DNA of 64,000 bases from an uncultured virus (IMG/VR IMGVR_UViG_3300048796_000130) (Duplodnaviria > Heunggongvirae > Uroviricota > Caudoviricetes), in the IMG/VR virus record IMGVR_UViG_3300048796_000130. One strand, 5' to 3'. The notes beneath the pieces are model-generated. The model saw only the letters and a program-made list of their open reading frames with translations. It had not been told where the DNA came from and searched no databases. The number at the start of each line of letters is the position of its first letter. Positions within the stretch are counted from its first letter, which is position 1. The translations under genes were made by a program, and so were the position numbers. This document shows positions 52,085-61,332 of this stretch, in pieces.

Positions 52085-52741
52085 GGATTGCGTCGAAATC
52101 GATGCGGAATGCTGCGAACGCCGCCACAGTGTTGTGCGCGATGGGCCTTGTTCGCCGATTTTGGGGCCGGGACGTTTTGCGCCTCGTTTGCGCATGCCGG
52201 CGCAGATGCGCTCGGCGATCAGGCTGCGTTCAAACTCTGCGACGGCACCGAGGATGGTGAACACGAGTTTGCCGTACAGCGTTGAGGTATCCACCGATTC
52301 GGTGAGAGAAATGAAAGCGATTCCGTCCGACTGGAAACTTTCGAGAGCTGCGAGCAGGTGCTTCGTGGATCTCGCGAAGCGGTCAAACTTCCAAACCACC
52401 ACGGCATCGAAATCCTGCCGGCCGCGTTTGGCGTCGGCCATGAGCTGATCCAGCTCGGGCCGCGATTCGGTGGCGCCGCTCCATCCTTTGTCGACGTACT
52501 CTTTCGTAACCACCCAGCCGCGGGAAGCACACATTTGCCGGAGCGGTTGGAGTTGGGCTTCCGGATCCTGGCCCTTGAATGCATGATCGAGTCGGCCGGT
52601 CTCGCCATTTGCGTCGAGGTCAGCTCGAGGATGCAGCCGTTCGCTCTTGCCGCAGACCTGGCAAATATCCTTGGAAACCCTTGCATATAAAGCCACTTGG
52701 CGGATGACCGCCGCTACCGTCTCTTTGCTATTGCGTTGCAT
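52076..52741 (-). CDS. Small serine recombinase (resolvase/invertase family)
   Basis: LYARVS, D.G.SG....RPELDQL, WKFDRFARS, ESVDTST..GKL, AEFERSLI.ER, SRTTLWR. Confidence 0.93.
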   Translation of the reverse strand: MQRNSKETVAAVIRQVALYARVSKDICQVCGKSERLHPRADLDANGETGRLDHAFKGQDPEAQLQPLRQMCASRGWVVTKEYVDKGWSGATESRPELDQLMADAKRGRQDFDAVVVWKFDRFARSTKHLLAALESFQSDGIAFISLTESVDTSTLYGKLVFTILGAVAEFERSLIAERICAGMRKRGAKRPGPKIGEQGPSRTTLWRRSQHSASISTQSGN

Positions 52742-52783
52742 TGAAAGGGGTTAGCTGTGTTTACTAAGTAGTACAATGGCGTG

Positions 52784-52796
52784 TAAGTCGTTGATT
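52784..52796 (-). promoter_or_regulatory. IHF consensus site upstream of the resolvase
   Basis: AATCAAcgacTTA matches WATCAANNNNTTR. Confidence 0.5.
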
Positions 52797-53204
52797 TTCC
52801 AATTCACGTGAATTGGAACGGGCGTGCAACAATTGAAACAGGGAAACCCCCCCGAAACGAGGGTTCGCGGTCCTCTTCGCCGCTTCCGGAGCTGGCTAGA
52901 ACCGGGTCTTGTGACTCGCTTTGCTGGCGCGAGGAGCAGAGCTGCTTCACGCCACCACGCTCTCGCTCCGCGACACCCGCAGCGACGAACTTAAGGAATT
53001 CAGGAAGAGCCGGCGGGATTCGACGCGCCAGGCGTCGAAGGCTAAAGGGGGCGTTTCGAGGATCCCGCAATAAGCTCGGTAGGTTTCGTAGGCCTGGGCT
53101 TCGTTGCGGTCGGGAGAGGTGACGCGGACGAGAACAGCGGTCGGGGTTTTAATCGAGGAGGGCGGAATCGACCGGACCGCGTTGGCAGAGGATCTCATTC
53201 GAAA

Positions 53205-53402
53205 TCAGGCGGCTTTCGGGATCTCGCGGTCTTCGCGCCGGCGCCGGGCCGGGGAAGGGAACTTGATGGGCTTCGAAACCAGTTCCCAGAGAGTTTCGAT
53301 GTGGCGGAGTTGGCCCACGTAAGCCTCGTACCGTTCAACCCATGGGCTAACTGGCGGGTAATGCCCTCTGCCGGATTTCGGAGGACGACCGAGGCGCTTC
53401 AT
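53205..53402 (-). CDS. Small hypothetical protein
   Basis: ATGA-coupled; GRP AT-hook-like start. Confidence 0.55.
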   Translation of the reverse strand: MKRLGRPPKSGRGHYPPVSPWVERYEAYVGQLRHIETLWELVSKPIKFPSPARRRREDREIPKAA

Positions 53403-53629
53403 GCGTACAGTCCTGCCAGTGTATCCAGTCGCTTGCGGTCAACCGGGCGGAGAGAGTCGCTGCCTCTTCCCAGTTTGCGGTCGAGAAGCCTCTCCCAGAT
53501 GAAGTCAACCGCGTTCTGCACGTAGCGCGGATCGGCGGTGAGGCGGGCGCGGGCCAGGCGGCGCAATTCAACCTCTCTATTGGCGCGTAGCTCTAATCGC
53601 TTCTCTCGTTCGTATTGCTGTTCGGTCAT
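53399..53629 (-). CDS. Small hypothetical protein
   Basis: ATGA-coupled operon member. Confidence 0.6.
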   Translation of the reverse strand: MTEQQYEREKRLELRANREVELRRLARARLTADPRYVQNAVDFIWERLLDRKLGRGSDSLRPVDRKRLDTLAGLYA

Positions 53630-53946
53630 CGGAATAGCTGATAGAGGTAGGCGGCGATCTCTGGGGCTCGCATCAGAACTGCGGTCACGATAGCCACCAC
53701 AATCGAGTTCCGGAGCTTCAGGTTGTAGACATCGTGCTGCACCTGTCCCACGGAAGCCTGGACGCCGCGGATGTGATTGCCCTGGACGTTCACGGCTTCG
53801 AGCAGCGCTTCCGGCCGGGCATGTTGGGGAGTCATGTACTGGGCGCGGCGGTCGATCTGCTTATAGGTGCCGATTCGCTTGGCCCGTTCGATGGCTTCGC
53901 GGTCGCAGTCGGAGATGGGGGGATCGGTGGGCAAGGTGAAGCTCAC
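53626..53946 (-). CDS. Coiled-coil protein with C-terminal TM helix
   Basis: SIVVAIVTAVLM; coupled start and stop. Confidence 0.6.
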   Translation of the reverse strand: MSFTLPTDPPISDCDREAIERAKRIGTYKQIDRRAQYMTPQHARPEALLEAVNVQGNHIRGVQASVGQVQHDVYNLKLRNSIVVAIVTAVLMRAPEIAAYLYQLFR

Positions 53947-54323
53947 GCTTGAGAGAATTCCTCGAACTCGTCCGAGAGCCTGTAGCCAAAGGCTCGGATG
54001 GTAAGAATGCGCCGAGCGCCGATTTTCTCCCGCACCAGGTTGACTAGAACGGCCAAGCGGTTTGTGCCCGGATCGAAGTCAATCTTCCACACGCCCAGCA
54101 TCAGCACGTCTTCAGCGACGCCGCGCGGGGCGTTGCGCATCAGGATCTCCAGTAATCGAAACTCGTTGCGCGAGAGTTCCGCGATCTTCCCGTCAGGCAA
54201 CTGCACTTCATGGTCGTAGCGGTCCAGGCGGAGGCGGGCGATCTCCACGAAGCGTCCGCACTCGCCGCCGCGCAAGCAGGCGCGAGTCTCGGAAACTGTT
54301 TCGCCGCTCTTGGTCAGTAGCAT
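53943..54323 (-). CDS. Stand-alone OmpR/PhoB-type winged-helix DNA-binding protein (no receiver domain)
   Basis: LSRNEFRLLEILMRN...LMLGVW..DFDPGTNRLAVLVNLVREKIG...ILTIRAFGYRL. Confidence 0.85.
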   Translation of the reverse strand: MLLTKSGETVSETRACLRGGECGRFVEIARLRLDRYDHEVQLPDGKIAELSRNEFRLLEILMRNAPRGVAEDVLMLGVWKIDFDPGTNRLAVLVNLVREKIGARRILTIRAFGYRLSDEFEEFSQA

Positions 54324-54865
54324 GGAGTTTACGCGATGGCTGAAGCGGGTACGGGACGCACGGGGAGAACCTGGTGCAGGAAGAAGCTGCGCGAAGAGGG
54401 ATGGAGCAGCTTGCGGTGGTGACGGGCGAAAATCGATCGATCTCCGGCCATCGGGGTTTCGTAGTGCAGCTTGTCTCCGTAGCAGTGGGGCTTTGAAAAG
54501 GGGAGTAAGTTGCCGACGCCGAGGGGTCCGTCAAGAAATCCGATGCGACCGAGACCTGGCTCCCGCAGGAATATTTCGTCGAACCCGCCGTCTGGACGCG
54601 GACGCAGCCCGGTACTTTCACGGGCGATGGAGAGCTTCAGGAAATGATGGAAGCGATTGTTGCGAAAGATGGGAGCTTGTTGAGACACGTGTCCGAGGGT
54701 AGCTCGATTGAGCTGTAGCCCGACTTGTAGCGCGCGGGTTGCGCAGAAGCAGGGCGGCGGGACAATAGCGAGAAGACGTTGGGCGTCAGAGACGCGGCGC
54801 TTAGGGTCACTGGTCCGCCGCCCATGTCAGGGGTTAAGGTATGGTCAAAACAGGACAGAGACAAG

Positions 54866-55105
54866 TTACCGACGTGCTGTGTCGTTCGGAAGCAGATCGG
54901 ATTCGCGGCTGGAGGCGCGGATGTCATAACGCTTCGAAAGTCCGGCGATGGCGTACTCCATCAGGGCGGCGATGGTGGGTTCGCAGCCTTCCCGCCGGAA
55001 ACATTCGAGCACCGGGTCAGTCATGTTGGTGACCGCAGAGGCCAACTGCACCCCTCCAGCGGAAGTTACGAGACTGTTCTTCCAAGTATCGAAGGCCTTG
55101 GACAT
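54866..55105 (-). CDS. Small hypothetical protein
   Basis: AGGAGG RBS. Confidence 0.5.
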   Translation of the reverse strand: MSKAFDTWKNSLVTSAGGVQLASAVTNMTDPVLECFRREGCEPTIAALMEYAIAGLSKRYDIRASSRESDLLPNDTARR

Positions 55106-55296
55106 AGATCGACCCTCCTGTCGGCTGTGGGATCAAGTTTGGCCGATCCAGGGGGGCCGAGTCTGAGCAAAATTGATCATGGGGAAAGCCTCCGTTGATG
55201 AGGCCATGGTTGCGTAATTGGGATAGGAGAGGGAAGTGACGAGGGTGGTTCCTTATATTTTATGAAGTTCGGCCCGAGCGGGAGCAGCAGGGGTCC

Positions 55297-55479
55297 CTAC
55301 CCGCGATCAGCGCTGGTCGTGGCGAGGCACCGACCGATCCACCACCGATTAAGTGAAATGGAGACCGCTGCTGTCAGCGCTCCCGCCAGCGCACAAAGCC
55401 AGTCACCCAGCATCCGTCCTATGAGGCCGATCAACGCGGAAGCGGCGAGGATGATGAGCCAGGTTGAGAGACGATTCAC
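55297..55479 (-). CDS. Small two-TM membrane protein
   Basis: Two hydrophobic helices; GTGA overlap. Confidence 0.55.
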   Translation of the reverse strand: MNRLSTWLIILAASALIGLIGRMLGDWLCALAGALTAAVSISLNRWWIGRCLATTSADRG

Positions 55480-55709
55480 AGAGTAGCCTTGGTGTCTTTC
55501 TTCGCCAGTTTGCCGGCGGCTTTCCGGGCTTTAGCGAGCAGATTCTTCGCACCTTCGTTTAACTCTTTCAGTTCGGCGCGTTGTTTCGCCCAGCGGGCTT
55601 CGGCGGCATTGCGGGCGGAGTCTTTACGTTGCTGTGCGGTTTGGTTTTGCACGCGCGCCTTTCCACCACGCCTCCCGAGTGATACGGCTGCAGGATTCTT
55701 AGGCGACAT
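55476..55709 (-). CDS. Small basic protein (KNPAAVxLGRxGG...ARW type), probably nucleic-acid binding
   Basis: KNPAAVSLGRRGGKAR...RKDSARNAAEARWAK. Confidence 0.75.
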   Translation of the reverse strand: MSPKNPAAVSLGRRGGKARVQNQTAQQRKDSARNAAEARWAKQRAELKELNEGAKNLLAKARKAAGKLAKKDTKATL

Positions 55710-55742
55710 TCTTATCTTTTATCACACGCGTTTAGCCTTGGA

Positions 55743-55822
55743 TGCGAAGCGGTTCGTAAGCTATAGAAACAAGGGCGAATATAGTCCTTGACATTGCGAA
55801 GCGCTTCGCATACAGTGAGGAC
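55743..55822 (+). promoter_or_regulatory. Early promoter with palindromic operators at the divergent switch
   Basis: TTGACA (55788), 17 nt, TACAGT, 6 nt, ATG; perfect palindrome TGCGAAGCGCTTCGCA at 55795-55810; 2-mismatch copy at 55743-55758. Confidence 0.8.
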
Positions 55823-56011
55823 ATGAACATCGATGAGCGCCTTCACCGATTAACCGAGCGACACGAAGCCCTCACGCAAACCGTGGAGATGCTTACACAG
55901 GACATTCGCGAACTCAAGGAAGCGGCTGCGAGTTTACTGCGGGTTGCGGAGATTCACGAAACGCGGATTTCCCGTCTCGAAGGACAGGACGGGGACGAAT
56001 TAACGCAGTAA
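55823..56011 (+). CDS. Small coiled-coil protein
   Basis: MNIDERLHRLTERHEALTQTVE...HETRISRLEG; leaderless start. Confidence 0.75.
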   Translation: MNIDERLHRLTERHEALTQTVEMLTQDIRELKEAAASLLRVAEIHETRISRLEGQDGDELTQ

Positions 56012-56087
56012 AAAACACCCCGCGTGCGTGCTTGCAACACAGCACGCGAGGCTAAACACCATCAGCTCACCAATGGAGGGCAAGACG

Positions 56088-56297
56088 ATGACAGGCCAGT
56101 TTCCCGAAATCGAAGTACGAATGCAGACCGCGCTAATGGCGCTCAAGGACGCTCACGAGAAGGCCAACGCACGCTTTAAATTTTCCAATCTGGCCGATGA
56201 ACTCGATCAGCTAGTCGAGCACGCCGAACATTTCCACGGAATGCTCACTCGCAACGGATACAACGATATAGGAATGGAAACAGGCGAACTAATTTAA
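56088..56297 (+). CDS. Hypothetical early protein
   Basis: GGAGG RBS before ATG 56088. Confidence 0.6.
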   Translation: MTGQFPEIEVRMQTALMALKDAHEKANARFKFSNLADELDQLVEHAEHFHGMLTRNGYNDIGMETGELI

Positions 56298-56365
56298 CCG
56301 CCTCCGAGTAGGTATTCGACGTACCGGCTCGGAGGCTAAACAAATCCGACCACCCGAGGCCGAAA

Positions 56366-56626
56366 ATGTCTGCCAGCACTTTAGCACGTCCCGAGTCCGA
56401 TCTCTCCGCGGTCCTCAATTCCTTCATTGAACGAATTCTCGCCAAACCAGTCTTAGGCACCTGCTGCTATGTCCGGGTCCACTCCCATGGGTTAACCGGA
56501 GAAGACGCGGAAATCTTCGAGTGCCCGGAAGCGGCCATTGTCCACGATCTGGTGTCCGACGAAGAGTATTGCGCGGCGCACTTCCGGGCGGTGTCGATTC
56601 TGAGGGCGTTAGAGGCGGTGCGCTGA
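56366..56626 (+). CDS. Hypothetical early protein (Cys/His motif)
   Basis: GAGG RBS; C...C...C..H. Confidence 0.6.
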   Translation: MSASTLARPESDLSAVLNSFIERILAKPVLGTCCYVRVHSHGLTGEDAEIFECPEAAIVHDLVSDEEYCAAHFRAVSILRALEAVR

Positions 56627-56880
56627 TGGCTAAGAAACTCTCCGAGCGCAAGAGCCGTCTCGCGTTCACCACCGACGCCGAAGTCCGCTACCGGGGCAAG
56701 CTTCGAGCCGTGGTCATCGAAGTCGATAATCCGTACACCGCCAGCGTCCGTCTGGCAGGCACCCGGCAGCGCTATCCCTTCTCCTGGCACTGGCTCCATG
56801 ACCAGGCCGCTGAACTCTTTGCCCGCAACGAGCGCGAGCGCCGCAAGAAGGAACGCGCAGAACGGAAGGCGAGCCGATGA
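56626..56880 (+). CDS. Hypothetical basic early protein
   Basis: TGATG coupling. Confidence 0.65.
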   Translation: MAKKLSERKSRLAFTTDAEVRYRGKLRAVVIEVDNPYTASVRLAGTRQRYPFSWHWLHDQAAELFARNERERRKKERAERKASR

Positions 56881-57230
56881 AAAAATCCATCTGCAGACAC
56901 TGCCTAGAGGAAATCGGGGAATGGCAAACCATCGAATTTCAAGACGGCCGGCATGTGGACGCGGGCCACTGGATGCACGCGCCCGACGATGGACCCGACG
57001 CCTACGCGGAGTGCCATTGCAAATGCTATGCCTGCAAACCGGACACAACTCTGGGCATTCACGATCCCTGCCCAGCCGATTGCTGCGATGGGGAAGAAGC
57101 AGAGCCCCTTGACCCTTTTCTCTTCCTCGCCAAAGCCAAGCAGCACCTGGCCAATCACCAGCCGATGACCTGGGGCGACGAGCTGGCCTGGATCATCTGC
57201 GACGAATTGCAGAACGGGGTGAAACAATGA
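56877..57230 (+). CDS. Cys/His-rich early protein
   Basis: CRHC..WMH..C; ATGA coupling. Confidence 0.65.
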   Translation: MKKSICRHCLEEIGEWQTIEFQDGRHVDAGHWMHAPDDGPDAYAECHCKCYACKPDTTLGIHDPCPADCCDGEEAEPLDPFLFLAKAKQHLANHQPMTWGDELAWIICDELQNGVKQ

Positions 57231-57409
57231 CCGACCCCCGCCAGCTCGCCTACCTCAACCTCTACGGCGTGGTGCTTCACGCCATCGGCAACTTGAACTT
57301 AAACGATCCCCCGGCCGCCCTGAGAACCCTGATGGAAGGGCTGGAGTTTTTCAACCGAGTCCCCCAATCGCAAAACAATTCGCAGTCTGCGGCTAAGGAG
57401 GCCGCGTAA
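57227..57409 (+). CDS. Small hypothetical protein
   Basis: ATGA coupling; ends ...KEAA. Confidence 0.6.
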   Translation: MTDPRQLAYLNLYGVVLHAIGNLNLNDPPAALRTLMEGLEFFNRVPQSQNNSQSAAKEAA

Positions 57410-57411
57410 TT

Positions 57412-58722
57412 ATGCCGTTCAAACTAGCAACCAAGGAAATCGGTTTCGTGAAAGCCAGCATGTTCGGGCCGAAGGGCACGGGCAAAACCACCATGATGGC
57501 CATGTTTCTCATCCACCTGTCAAAGACCTACCACAACTCCGCGCCTGTCGCCTGGTTGGCGTCGGAAAAGGGCGTCGATTTCGTGCTCGACATCTTCAAG
57601 GCAGAGGGAGTGCCGCTGCTGCTCAATCGTTCGCGCTCATTTCTCGATCTGCGGAACGCATCGAGGGATGCCGTGAGTGAAGGGGCGTGCGCGATCGGCG
57701 TCGATTCAGTGTCGCATTTCTGGCAAGACTTGTTCACGGCAGGGATGAAATCAAGCGGACCGCGTCTGGCTCGGATCGGCAAGATTAAGGAAGAGTGGGC
57801 GCCGTTCGCCCAGGACTATCAAGACTCCGCGATTCACTGGATCGTGACCGGACGCATGGGCTTCGTGTGGGATGAAATCGAAATGCCCGACGATCAAGGC
57901 AACATGCAGAAAGAAATCTCCAAGGCAGGGACGAAGATCAAGGCGGAGGGCGACTTCGGCCACGAGCCCGACCTTGAAATCGAGACCGCACAGATGGACG
58001 ATCCGGACCTGGTCAGGTTCGACAAGGTGCACGGACGGGCGCGGCGCAACTTCAAGAGCCAGATGATCCACGTCGCCACCGTAAAAAAGTGCCGCGTGTG
58101 GTCACTCAATGGCCGAGCATTTACCTGGAAGGATCAAACAGCCTACAAAGTCGGTTACTACCAGAAAGTCGCGGAGCCGTTCAAAGAGTACTTCGATTCT
58201 CTTGGCGTCGGCGGCGCTCACGCGGTCACGAAATCAGAGCGCACCGGCAACTCCAGCGCCGTACTGTTCAATTCCGGCTCGGAACACAGCGCCCACGAAG
58301 CCAGCATTCAGCGCAAGTGCTTCCTGGAGGAGCTCGACAACCTGCTCTCCCACTGCTTCCCCGGCGGCGAGAAACGCTCAAAGCTGGACGCCATGTACCG
58401 CAACCTGACCTTGGAATTCCTGAACGGCTACACGTCCTGGTCCCGCATGGAAGAGGAAGTCCCCACCATCAACCTGAAACGCAACGTGGAAATCATCAAG
58501 GCTCTGCGCGCACGGCTCGATAAGGGCGAGAAGATCACAGACCAAGCTTCCCTCGCCGGACTGCTTCATCTCTCCTCCGATGATGTTCTCAAACCGGGGC
58601 ACGGCGTCACGCTGCTCGAACTGATGACAGCGAAGAGTCTCGAACAGGTTCAACCTAAGGGACCGCAACCCATCGTGCCGGAACTCGACCGCTGGCCGGA
58701 GCGGGAGATGGCTGGAGACTAG
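57412..58722 (+). CDS. AAA_24/Sak4-like ATPase (recombination function)
   Basis: Walker A GPKGTGKT, IGVDSVSHFW, EGDFGHEPDL. Confidence 0.8.
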   Translation: MPFKLATKEIGFVKASMFGPKGTGKTTMMAMFLIHLSKTYHNSAPVAWLASEKGVDFVLDIFKAEGVPLLLNRSRSFLDLRNASRDAVSEGACAIGVDSVSHFWQDLFTAGMKSSGPRLARIGKIKEEWAPFAQDYQDSAIHWIVTGRMGFVWDEIEMPDDQGNMQKEISKAGTKIKAEGDFGHEPDLEIETAQMDDPDLVRFDKVHGRARRNFKSQMIHVATVKKCRVWSLNGRAFTWKDQTAYKVGYYQKVAEPFKEYFDSLGVGGAHAVTKSERTGNSSAVLFNSGSEHSAHEASIQRKCFLEELDNLLSHCFPGGEKRSKLDAMYRNLTLEFLNGYTSWSRMEEEVPTINLKRNVEIIKALRARLDKGEKITDQASLAGLLHLSSDDVLKPGHGVTLLELMTAKSLEQVQPKGPQPIVPELDRWPEREMAGD

Positions 58723-58831
58723 CAGGCTTCCCGGCCCTTCGAACGGCTTGCGGACACCGGGGACAAACCAGAAGGCTTGAGGGAGGGGCAAGCCTTCGAT
58801 ATAACAAATTTCTTATACGAGGAGAAACTTC

Positions 58832-59047
58832 ATGCCCTGCGAAACCGAAATCTGGAAACACGCCAAGAACTCAACCACCGAATGCGCCCGACCGCCCATC
58901 GTTCACTGCGTCGAATGCCGGGGCGGAATCTGCTCGGCGCATATCATCGAATGCGAAGTGTGCAACCTGTTTTTACATCAACACTGCGCCTTCGAGCACT
59001 ATAAAGAACATGAGCGGCTTACCCGGCAGATGGGGAATGCAGCGTAA
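58832..59047 (+). CDS. Zn-finger small protein
   Basis: GAGGAG RBS; CVEC..IC..H...CEVC...H..C...H. Confidence 0.65.
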   Translation: MPCETEIWKHAKNSTTECARPPIVHCVECRGGICSAHIIECEVCNLFLHQHCAFEHYKEHERLTRQMGNAA

Positions 59048-59057
59048 GGAGACCAAC

Positions 59058-59135
59058 ATGGAACTGCACATCGAAACATCAGGGCTGGTCGGAGATCGGC
59101 TCTTAAGGAAGGAGAAAAATCCAAGATGGCCCTAG
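59058..59135 (+). pseudogene. Truncated duplicate of the 5' end of gene 59503..59820
   Basis: 59046-59104 is nearly identical to 59490-59549; reads MELHIETSGLVGDRL then stops at codon 26. Confidence 0.7.
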
Positions 59136-59167
59136 AATCTGCTGGAGATGGTGGAGAGGATGAACCG

Positions 59168-59449
59168 ATGACCATCAAGATTTTTGAAGTCGCCGAAGAC
59201 GAATGGGTAGCAGCCGAGACGCCAGAACAGGCCGCGAACTTTTATCGGCACTTGGTAAGCGAGTCCACTTACACCGAAATACTCGAAGAATTCGGCCAAC
59301 CAGTCGAAGTGACGCCGGAGCAAATGAGCAGAATGAAATGGTGTGATCACGACGCGGATCCGCCGCACTGCGTCACGTTCGCCGACCGGCTAAACGAACT
59401 ACTCACGGAGAGCGGGCGATTTCCCCAAGCTTTTGCGAGTGTTGTATGA
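59168..59449 (+). CDS. Hypothetical early protein
   Basis: GAGGA RBS; IFEV.EDEWVAAET.EQA..FY. Confidence 0.7.
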   Translation: MTIKIFEVAEDEWVAAETPEQAANFYRHLVSESTYTEILEEFGQPVEVTPEQMSRMKWCDHDADPPHCVTFADRLNELLTESGRFPQAFASVV

Positions 59450-59502
59450 CCCTCCCTCCCAACATCGCCGCCTGGCCCGCTCCCCAAGGAAGGAGACCAA
59501 TT

Positions 59503-59820
59503 ATGGAACTGCACATCGAAACATCAGGGCTGGTCGGGGATCGGCTCTTCATCAACGATAAGCACGGCGTCACCGTGGCGGAGGTACACGTTCTGGCACG
59601 GGACGCCGCGCCACTCATCACCAACGCGGTGAATACTCACGCGGAGCTGGTCCAAGCACTTGAATACCAACTGTGTCCCATCTGCCAGCACACCTTAGCC
59701 ATGCACGCCACAACCAAAGACGGGTGTCAGGCCGTTCCCCACAACGAGCCATGCGGTTGCGATGGTAGTCAATCCATCTCGGCAATCGCCGCGCTCAGGA
59801 AAGCAACGTTGGTTAGTTAA
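59503..59820 (+). CDS. Early protein (AVNxHxELxxAL family) with Zn motif
   Basis: AAGGAG RBS; NAVNTHAELVQAL; CPIC.H...H..C..CGC. Confidence 0.7.
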   Translation: MELHIETSGLVGDRLFINDKHGVTVAEVHVLARDAAPLITNAVNTHAELVQALEYQLCPICQHTLAMHATTKDGCQAVPHNEPCGCDGSQSISAIAALRKATLVS

Positions 59821-59895
59821 TCCCGCGCTCCCCAAGGAAGGAACGCACAACGAAGTTCTAGCAAGCGCGTTAGGCGCGCACTGAGGAGACCAACG

Positions 59896-60408
59896 ATGGA
59901 AAAAGGAATGACGCAATTGCAAACAAATCATCTGGAGATTGCGGCACAAACTTGGGTCAACGAAAAAGGCAGAGAGATCGGCGGGATCGTCGTGGGGGAC
60001 GCACTCAGTAAGGCTGGTGCGGACATTCAGGCTCTCGACTTGAAATCCATCAGCGAAGCCGAAAATTATGCCCGTCGCTTTCTCGCTGCATGGCTGAAGA
60101 ACTGCGTCATTGAATTCGTGCGCGGCTACGTCTCGGACGTTGAGGAACAGGCCCTCCAGATCGAGAAATTGCTGCGCGATCATCTAGATACAAGCCTGAC
60201 ATCACCGTTCGTCTGCGGCCAGCCGGAACGCGATGCGAAACTGCTCGCCGAAGCACAGACGGAGATGCTTGCGGCCATCGAAGCCGTATTGCCCTACCTG
60301 CCCGACAGAAACGACGCCAAAGACTATGCCTCCACAAACGAAGGACGCGCCAGCAGCTTTCAAGTCGCAGCAATCAAACTTCGCGAAGTCTATGACCGCA
60401 ACAAATGA
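59896..60408 (+). CDS. Hypothetical early protein
   Basis: GAGGAG RBS; DAKLLAEA..EMLAAIE. Confidence 0.65.
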   Translation: MEKGMTQLQTNHLEIAAQTWVNEKGREIGGIVVGDALSKAGADIQALDLKSISEAENYARRFLAAWLKNCVIEFVRGYVSDVEEQALQIEKLLRDHLDTSLTSPFVCGQPERDAKLLAEAQTEMLAAIEAVLPYLPDRNDAKDYASTNEGRASSFQVAAIKLREVYDRNK

Positions 60409-60426
60409 AGGAATAGGAGACCAACG

Positions 60427-60711
60427 ATGGAAACGAAGCATACACCGGGGCCGTGGCACCTCGACGACGAAGCGCAACCCGATTACGTTTTCTCTCGCGA
60501 CATGAAGATGATTGCGACGCTGCGCGGTGAGGGTGATGAACTTCCGTTAATTGCCAATGCCCGTCTAATCGCCGCCGCGCCGGACCTGCTCGAAGCACTG
60601 GAGCACATGGTAGCGGTTTCGAATTGGGCAACGACCATCCAGAGCGAAGAACAGTACGACGCAATGATCACCAAAGCCGAGGCTGCAATCCGCAAAGCCA
60701 AAGGGGAGTGA
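60427..60711 (+). CDS. Phage protein of the HTPGPW...ANARLIAAAPDLLEAL family
   Basis: Motifs read directly. Confidence 0.85.
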   Translation: METKHTPGPWHLDDEAQPDYVFSRDMKMIATLRGEGDELPLIANARLIAAAPDLLEALEHMVAVSNWATTIQSEEQYDAMITKAEAAIRKAKGE

Positions 60712-60763
60712 TCCCCCGCGTAAATAAATTCTGCGGATTCGAGATTCCGCACTGAGGAGAACA

Positions 60764-61075
60764 ATGATGCCAAAACCGCGAAAAGAATGGCGAGTAGACG
60801 AACGAGAGGATGTAATGATTGCTCGCGTGTACGGGCCATCTCATGCCGATGGCTATGAGTATGCTTCACTTTTTGAGACCGCCGATAAATCAATGGCTAG
60901 AATGGTCGTCCGGGCCGTTAATTCGCACGCGGACCTGCTCGAAGCAGTGAAAGCCGCACTGCCTTTATTGGACTACCCGCGCCATTTGATGGGCCACGAG
61001 GACTGCCCCGGTTGCCGGGCCCAAGAAGTAGCGAAACAGATCAAAACCGCCCTTGCGAAAGTCAAAGGGGAGTGA
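60764..61075 (+). CDS. Paralogous early protein (RAVNSHADLLEAV)
   Basis: GAGGAG RBS; shares ...KGE stop context with the previous gene. Confidence 0.75.
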   Translation: MMPKPRKEWRVDEREDVMIARVYGPSHADGYEYASLFETADKSMARMVVRAVNSHADLLEAVKAALPLLDYPRHLMGHEDCPGCRAQEVAKQIKTALAKVKGE

Positions 61076-61107
61076 TCCCGCGCTCCCCAAGAAAGGAGAA
61101 AAGTCGA

Positions 61108-61332
61108 ATGCACTTCAACACCTGCCGATTCTGTAAAGACAATGATCTTAACCGAACCGTGTTCCGCTATGGCATTCGTCACTACTGCCACGCCGAATGC
61201 GGCTTCCAGCGCTGGGGCAATGAGTTTCTACAAAAGATTCCCGCTCACGAAATCGGCAACATTCCATTTCGCTTGATCCTGAGCAGTCCTGAGCGTCGAG
61301 CACTTGCCCAAGAAAGAACACAATGCCTGTGA
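61108..61332 (+). CDS. Small Zn-binding early protein
   Basis: CRFC...RHYCHAEC; AAGGAG RBS within the repeat. Confidence 0.7.
   Translation: MHFNTCRFCKDNDLNRTVFRYGIRHYCHAECGFQRWGNEFLQKIPAHEIGNIPFRLILSSPERRALAQERTQCL

Noticed and set aside
54329..54860. Several overlapping short ORFs
   Set aside because: No motif or clear start signal to choose between them; left unannotated.
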